This document shows positions 58,839 to 64,000 of a DNA stretch of 64,000 nt, one piece after another. Positions within the stretch are counted from its first letter, which is position 1; each line of letters starts with the position of its first letter. Under the pieces are notes generated by a model. That model was not told where the DNA came from and did not search any database. It worked only from the letters and a program-made list of their open reading frames with translations. This DNA is from Acidimicrobiales bacterium (GTDB lineage Bacteria; Actinomycetota; Acidimicrobiia; Acidimicrobiales; VFJN01). Location: the NCBI GenBank assembly GCA_045807565.1, contig JBJMHD010000019.1, positions 12,194-76,193 on the forward strand, given 5' to 3'. The translations under genes were made by a program, and so were the position numbers.

Positions 58839-60033
58839 AGACGGCCTTCACCATCCCGTCGTCCTTCTTCTGGAACGTCGCGTAGGCGTCGGGCGCCTCC
58901 GCCAGGGGGAGGTGGTGCGTGGCGAACCCGTCGACGCCCAGCGGGTCCTCGTCGGTGAGGAGCGGGAGGATGTGGTCGACCCAGCGGCGGACGTTGGCCT
59001 GTCCCATGCGCAGCTGGAGCTGCTTGTCGAACATCGTCATCATCGGCAGCGGGTCGACCATGCCGCCGTAGACGCCCACGAGGCTGAGGGTGCCACCTCG
59101 CCGCACCACGTCGATGGCGAGGTGGAGGGCGGCCAGCCGGTCGACGCCGGCCTTCTGCATGAGCTTCTCCTGCAGGCGGTCGGGCAGGAAGCCCGCCATC
59201 CGCTGCGCCGTCTTGCCCACCGGCGACCCGTGGGCCTCCATGCCGACGGCATCGATCACCGCGTCGGCCCCGCGGCCGCGCGTGGACTCGCGGATGTGGC
59301 CGGCGACGTCGTCGACCGCGGTGAGGTCGACGGTCTGCACACCCCGGCTGGCGGCGCGCTCCAGGCGCTCCGGCACGAGGTCGACGCCGAACACCTGGCT
59401 GGCGCCCCGCTCCAGCGCGACGCGGCAGCTCATGTCACCGATCGGACCCAGTCCGATCACCGCGACGCTCTGACCGGCGACCGCGCCGCAGTTCTGGACC
59501 GCCTGCCAGGCCGTCGGGAGGACGTCCGACAGGAAGAGGAAGCGATCGTCGCTCGGTCCCTCCGGCACCTTGATCGGGCCGTACTGCGCCTGCGGCACGC
59601 GCAGGTACTCCGCCTGCCCGCCCGGCACGTTGCCGTAGATGCGGGTGTACCCGAAGAGCGCGGCGCCGTACTCCGTACCCTCGTAGCAGCACCGGGTGGT
59701 CTCGCACTGCGACTGGAGCCCCTGACGGCACATCCAGCAGGTCCCGCAGGCGATGTTGAACGGCACGACCACGCGGTCGCCGGGGGCGAGGCCCTGCACC
59801 GCCGAACCGACCTCCTGCACGATGCCGATGGGCTCGTGGCCCAGGACGGAGCCCGGGTCGATGAAGGCGCCCATCACCTCGTAGAGGTGCAGGTCCGACC
59901 CGCACAGGCCCGACGACGTGACCTTGATGATCGCGTCGGTGGGCTCCTCGATGGAGGGATCGGGAACGTCGGTCACCCGCACATCGCGGGTTCCGTGCCA
60001 GGTGAGTGCCTTCACCGTCGGGCGCTTCCCCAT
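58828..60033 (-). CDS. Zn-dependent medium-chain alcohol/formaldehyde dehydrogenase
   Basis: GLCGSDLHLY, GHEPIGIV, the structural-Zn cysteines CGTCWMCRQGLQSQC, and the Rossmann motif VIGLGPIG. Start taken at ATG 60033. Confidence 0.85.
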   Translation of the reverse strand: MGKRPTVKALTWHGTRDVRVTDVPDPSIEEPTDAIIKVTSSGLCGSDLHLYEVMGAFIDPGSVLGHEPIGIVQEVGSAVQGLAPGDRVVVPFNIACGTCWMCRQGLQSQCETTRCCYEGTEYGAALFGYTRIYGNVPGGQAEYLRVPQAQYGPIKVPEGPSDDRFLFLSDVLPTAWQAVQNCGAVAGQSVAVIGLGPIGDMSCRVALERGASQVFGVDLVPERLERAASRGVQTVDLTAVDDVAGHIRESTRGRGADAVIDAVGMEAHGSPVGKTAQRMAGFLPDRLQEKLMQKAGVDRLAALHLAIDVVRRGGTLSLVGVYGGMVDPLPMMTMFDKQLQLRMGQANVRRWVDHILPLLTDEDPLGVDGFATHHLPLAEAPDAYATFQKKDDGMVKAVFNP

Positions 60034-60044
60034 CGGCGTCGTTG

Positions 60045-61532
60045 TCAACCGCTCTCGGCAGAGACCCCCCGACCGTCGTACCGGATGATGAGGATGGCGA
60101 CGTCGTCGGTCTGCTCTTCGAGCGGGACCAGCGCTTCGAGCAGCGCGTCGGCCATCTCGTCGGGCTCGAGGTCGGAGAGCTCCGCGCCGACGACGCAGAG
60201 GCGGTCGAACCCGTCGTCGATCGACTCGTGTCGCCGTTCGATCACCCCGTCGGTGTAGAGCACCACGATGTCGCCGGGGAGCAGCACCAGGCGGTGCACG
60301 GGCGGTCGGAGCTCCGGCGCGACCCCGAGCGGCGGCACTCCCTCCTCGTCGAGGAGCACAGCCTTCGTGCCCCGCACGAGCATCGGCGGGAGGTGGCCGG
60401 CGCGACACCAGTCCATGGTCCCCGTCGGGAGGTGCACCACGGCGCACAGCACGGTGGAGCACATGGCGTTCGGGATCGCCTCCACCTGGCGGCTCACCGC
60501 TTGGACCATGGCGCCGGGCTCGCGCCGGATCGCCGCGATCATCCGGAACCCCGTTCGGAGGCGGCCCATCGCCACCGCCGCCTCCATGCCGTGGCCCACC
60601 ACGTCGCCCACCAGCAGCGCGGCGCGCTCGTCGCCGAGGTCGAACACGTCGTACCAGTCGCCGCCGACCGCGGCCCGCACCGATCCGGCGCGGTAGCGCG
60701 CCGCCACCGTGAGACCGTCGATGCTCGGCAGCCCCGCCGGGAGGGCCGTGCGCTGGAAGGCGAGCGAGGCTCGCTGCTCGGCGTCGAACCGACGGCCGCG
60801 GGCGAAGGCGCGAGCGGCGAGCACCGCGACCGTCTCGAGCAGGGCGCGCTCCTCCTCAACGAAGGTGTGGACCCGCGCGTACGACACCGCGAGGACGCCG
60901 CGCACGTCGTCGGCGCGCAACGGGAGCAGGGCCATGGCCCACCCCTCCGCGGCGAGCTCGTCGGCGAGGCCGTCGCCGCGCCAGCCGAGCGGCGACTGGA
61001 GCCACGCCGGCTCGCCCACCTCGAGCACGCCTGCCACGAGCGATCCGGGGTGCGGCTCGACGGGCGTGTCCTCCGCCGCCGGATCGGGTGCCAGGACCTG
61101 GAGCTCGCCGCCATCGTCGACCACCGCGACGGTGGCGGCCTTGGCCCCCACCGCAGCGGGGAGGTGGTCGAGCAGCGCTTCCACCACCTCGTGGCTCGTG
61201 AGCACCCGCGCCAAGCGGCCGGTGACCTCCTGCAGCGATCGGCTCCGTGCCTCGTTCTCCACCAGCTCCTGGTTGATCGCTCGCAGCCGGCGCTGGTGGC
61301 GCAAGGTGATGATCAGCAGGAGGAGGAGCCCCACGATGGCGACCCCGCCGGCGATGGCGATGGTCCAGGCGATCGTGAGATCTGGTTCCTCGCCGGGACC
61401 GGCGGCCGCGATGGCCTCCTCGCGCGCCTGCCACGCGATGTAGGCGTTCCCCGCGAGCAGCGCGATGAAGGCCAGCGAGAAGGCCCAGGACTGCGCTCGT
61501 CGGCGGGGCCGCTCTTCGATCGGCGCGCTCAT
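60045..61532 (-). CDS. Membrane-anchored GAF + PP2C/SpoIIE-type serine phosphatase (RsbU-like)
   Basis: Two N-terminal TM segments and a GAF-like region. The PP2C motifs are GGDWYDVF, VGDVVGHGMEAA and LYTDGVIE. ATG 61532 overlaps the upstream gene stop (ATGA). Confidence 0.8.
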   Translation of the reverse strand: MSAPIEERPRRRAQSWAFSLAFIALLAGNAYIAWQAREEAIAAAGPGEEPDLTIAWTIAIAGGVAIVGLLLLLIITLRHQRRLRAINQELVENEARSRSLQEVTGRLARVLTSHEVVEALLDHLPAAVGAKAATVAVVDDGGELQVLAPDPAAEDTPVEPHPGSLVAGVLEVGEPAWLQSPLGWRGDGLADELAAEGWAMALLPLRADDVRGVLAVSYARVHTFVEEERALLETVAVLAARAFARGRRFDAEQRASLAFQRTALPAGLPSIDGLTVAARYRAGSVRAAVGGDWYDVFDLGDERAALLVGDVVGHGMEAAVAMGRLRTGFRMIAAIRREPGAMVQAVSRQVEAIPNAMCSTVLCAVVHLPTGTMDWCRAGHLPPMLVRGTKAVLLDEEGVPPLGVAPELRPPVHRLVLLPGDIVVLYTDGVIERRHESIDDGFDRLCVVGAELSDLEPDEMADALLEALVPLEEQTDDVAILIIRYDGRGVSAESG

Positions 61533-62404
61533 GCGGGAAGCGGGCAGCGTCGAGGTGCTGCTCCCCGTCGTTGGGAGACCGTCTCCTCCGAGAGCCACCG
61601 GCGGAACGCCTCGACCTCAGCGCTCGGCGCCGCCGAGCCCTGGGCGCGCAGCTTCTCGGCGAGCTCGGCGACGGCGGCGAGGGACCCGTCGGTGACGACC
61701 ACCTCGAGGTCGAAGCGCTCGCGGCCCTCGGCGGCTGCGCGCAGCGCCGCGAACCGCCCCGCCAGCCGCAGCGGTGCGCTCTCGTCCAGCAGCGTGAGGA
61801 GGCGGGCCTGCGCCGTTCCCGTGGTCGGGGTGGCCAGCTCCGCCAGCTGGACCTCGCGGGCCGCCTCGTCCGTCTGGATGCCGCTCGCGACCGCCGCTCG
61901 CACGGGGAGCTCGAGGTAGCAGAGCAGCTGGCCGCGGGGTTGCTCGGACCGGTGGGCGATGACCATCGTCGGTGCCGCGGGCCCGTCGTGGGCGTGACCG
62001 GACAGCTCGGCCCAGACCGCCTTCGCGCCGTTCGAGGTGGACACGCCCCAGCGATCGGACAGCGTGGCGATGATCTGGAGGCCCCGCCCCGTGGTGCTGC
62101 GGATGGTCATGTCCACGACGGTGCCCACGAGGGGCACCACCACGGGCAGCTGCTCGGGCCGGGCGTCGAGGACGTCGATCCGCATGCCCGACCCGGCCCG
62201 CCGCAGCGTGACCGTGTAGGGCGCGCGGGTGTGGATGGCGGCGTTCGCCGCCAGCTCTGCCACGCACAGGGCCACGTCGGCGCGGAGGGCGCCGGAGACC
62301 TCCCAGTCGTCCATCACCGCAGCGGCGAAGCGCCTCGCCTCGCCCGAGCTGGCGGCGGTGGGCAGCAAGGTGACGGCCCGCATGCCTGCGTCGCCGGAGG
62401 CCAT
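61529..62404 (-). CDS. RsbW-like HATPase_c anti-sigma/serine kinase domain fused to an uncharacterised roughly 150-aa C-terminal domain
   Basis: The N-terminal GEARRFAAAVMDDW...LCVAELAANAAIHT...TTGRGLQIIATLSDRWG is an N-box/G-box-like pattern of GHKL serine kinases. I do not recognise the C-terminal half. Confidence 0.6.
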   Translation of the reverse strand: MASGDAGMRAVTLLPTAASSGEARRFAAAVMDDWEVSGALRADVALCVAELAANAAIHTRAPYTVTLRRAGSGMRIDVLDARPEQLPVVVPLVGTVVDMTIRSTTGRGLQIIATLSDRWGVSTSNGAKAVWAELSGHAHDGPAAPTMVIAHRSEQPRGQLLCYLELPVRAAVASGIQTDEAAREVQLAELATPTTGTAQARLLTLLDESAPLRLAGRFAALRAAAEGRERFDLEVVVTDGSLAAVAELAEKLRAQGSAAPSAEVEAFRRWLSEETVSQRRGAAPRRCPLPA

Positions 62405-62534
62405 GGCGTCAGGTGGTGCGCGCCCCGGTCGCCGCCCCCGTGACCTGCGCGCTCACCATGACCGGCCGCATCGGCCCCTGAAGGTACCCGGTCCAGGGCG
62501 CCTCGGGGGCCCCTGCGAGACCTAACCTCCCGAC

Positions 62535-63788
62535 GTGCCGTTGCCGACCCGGGGGATGGACCAGAGCGAGATCGTCGACGCGCTCGTCGCGATGCGCGCC
62601 GACGACGTGCGCTGGCAGGACGGCAAGACCTTCGGGATGGTCTACGACGCCGGCCCGGAGGCACACGCCGTGGTCGAGGCCGTCGCCCAGCTGTTCCTCC
62701 ACGACAACGCCCTGAACACGCACGCCTTCCCGAGCCTCGCCCGGATCCAGAGCGAGGTGGTCCGGATCACCGCCGACCTGCTGCACGGTGACGACGACGT
62801 GGCCGGGTTCATGACGTCCGGCGGCACCGAGAGCATCCTCTGCGCGGTGAAGGCCGCTCGTGAGCGCGGCCGCGAGGAGCGCGGCATCACCGACCCCGAG
62901 ATGGTGGTGGCGGCGAGCGCCCACGCTGCGTTCCACAAGGCCGCCCACTACTTCGGCATCCGACTGCACAAGGTGCCCGTGCGCGACGACTGGCGCGCCG
63001 ACGTGGACGCCATGGCGGCGCTGGTGGGGCCCAGCACCGTGCTGGTCGTCGGCAGCGCCCCGCAGTACCCGCAGGGTGTGATCGACCCGATCCCCGAGCT
63101 GGCGGCCGTCGCGGCCGAGGCCGGCGCGAGCTTCCACACCGACGCCTGCATGGGGGGGTTCCTCCTCCCCTTCATGGAGGAGCTCGGCCACGATGTCCCG
63201 CCGTGGGACTTCCGCGTCGACGGCGTCACCACGATCAGCGCCGACCTGCACAAGCTGGGCTACGCGCCGAAGGGTGCGTCGGTCGTCCTCCACCGCGACA
63301 AGGCGCTGCGGCGCTACCAGACGTTCGTGTTCGACGACTGGCTCGGCGGGTTCTACGCCAGCTCGGGGCTGCAGGGGACGCGCTCGGCCCTGCCGATGGC
63401 CACGGCGTGGGCCACGCTCCACCACCTCGGCTCGGAGGGGTACCTGCGGCTCACCGCCCAGACCGTCGACACCCGCGCCCGGATGGTGGAGGGCATCCGA
63501 GCCGTCGACGGCCTCGCCGTGCTCGGCGAGCCCGAGGCGCAGTGCCTCGCCATGGCAACCGCGCCCGGCTACGACGACCAGCTCGACGTGTTCGCCGTCG
63601 GCGACGCGCTGGCGGCCCGCGGGTGGTTCCACGACCGCCAGAAGCCACCCGACTCCCTGCACTCCACCGTGAGCGCCGGCAACGCTCCGGTGATCGAGCA
63701 GTACCTCGCCGACCTCGCCGAGTGCGTGCGCGAGGTCGGCGGCACCCGGCTCGTGGACCGGTCCACGAGCTACGCGACCTTGGAGTGA
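62535..63788 (+). CDS. PLP-dependent group II decarboxylase-fold enzyme, sphingosine-1-phosphate-lyase-like
   Basis: GGTESILCAVKAAR and HTDACMGGFLLPF are present. ISADLHKLGYAPKG carries the PLP lysine. No N-terminal TM. Confidence 0.75.
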   Translation: MPLPTRGMDQSEIVDALVAMRADDVRWQDGKTFGMVYDAGPEAHAVVEAVAQLFLHDNALNTHAFPSLARIQSEVVRITADLLHGDDDVAGFMTSGGTESILCAVKAARERGREERGITDPEMVVAASAHAAFHKAAHYFGIRLHKVPVRDDWRADVDAMAALVGPSTVLVVGSAPQYPQGVIDPIPELAAVAAEAGASFHTDACMGGFLLPFMEELGHDVPPWDFRVDGVTTISADLHKLGYAPKGASVVLHRDKALRRYQTFVFDDWLGGFYASSGLQGTRSALPMATAWATLHHLGSEGYLRLTAQTVDTRARMVEGIRAVDGLAVLGEPEAQCLAMATAPGYDDQLDVFAVGDALAARGWFHDRQKPPDSLHSTVSAGNAPVIEQYLADLAECVREVGGTRLVDRSTSYATLE

Positions 63789-64000
63789 GCGACCTCACCA
63801 TCGCCGACGTCCGCGCTGCCGCGCATCGCATCGCGACGCTGGTGCCGGCCACGCCGATCCTGCGGTCGGACGGCATCGATCGCTGGGTTGGCACCCGAGT
63901 GCACCTGAAGGCCGAGCACCTGCACGCCACGGGGGCGTTCAAGCTCCGGGGGGCCACGAACGCCGTGCTCCAGCTCTCCGACGAGCAGGCCGCACGGGGG
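63785..64000 (+). CDS. PLP-dependent threonine/serine dehydratase-family enzyme; N-terminal fragment, continues beyond the window
   Basis: PATPILRSD...HLKAEHLHATGAFKLRGATNAV carries the PLP-lysine motif of the Trp-synthase beta superfamily. GTG 63785 overlaps the upstream stop (GTGA). Confidence 0.7.
   Translation, partial: MSDLTIADVRAAAHRIATLVPATPILRSDGIDRWVGTRVHLKAEHLHATGAFKLRGATNAVLQLSDEQAARG

Overview
High-GC Actinomycetota-type chromosomal window. It is almost fully coding, with about 50 protein genes and one tRNA. I see no transposase, integrase, CRISPR array or rRNA.

The content falls into three blocks.

(1) Alpha-glucan/trehalose metabolism. glgE lies at 273-2219. An inserted nitrite/sulfite-reductase module follows (reductase, FNT channel, HemD-wHTH regulator). 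Then comes a translationally coupled treS-mak-glgB-GH57 chain at 6100-12423. A second coupled operon, treY-treZ-glgX, lies on the minus strand at 51146-57616.

(2) A housekeeping backbone collinear, from memory, with mycobacterial Rv1008-Rv1020: tatD-rpf-rsmA ... ispE ... tRNA-Gln-glmU-prs-rplY-pth ... mfd. It is interrupted by lineage-specific insertions:
- an ECF sigma/anti-sigma pair
- an orphan FtsX-type permease
- a 33-aa bS22 gene missing from the ORF track
- about 12.7 kb between pth and mfd.

(3) Signalling genes:
- a SARP-type STAND regulator
- a second STAND-like ATPase with an unassigned C-terminal module
- two PAS-GGDEF cyclases
- a STAS-like protein
- an RsbW-like/PP2C pair.

Most interesting observations:
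- matching 7+4+7 direct repeats upstream of the reductase gene and of the HemD-wHTH regulator
- a GlmU homologue cleanly lacking the acetyltransferase catalytic end
- the STAND-like protein abutting pth
- an epimerase/GT2/polytopic-membrane-protein/methyltransferase glycan operon
- several unlisted small ORFs.

Nothing here is demonstrably a new system from sequence alone. All functional calls rest on motif recognition by eye, and internal start coordinates are my own choices. The many long R/G/P/A-rich ORFs antisense to these genes are high-GC shadow ORFs.
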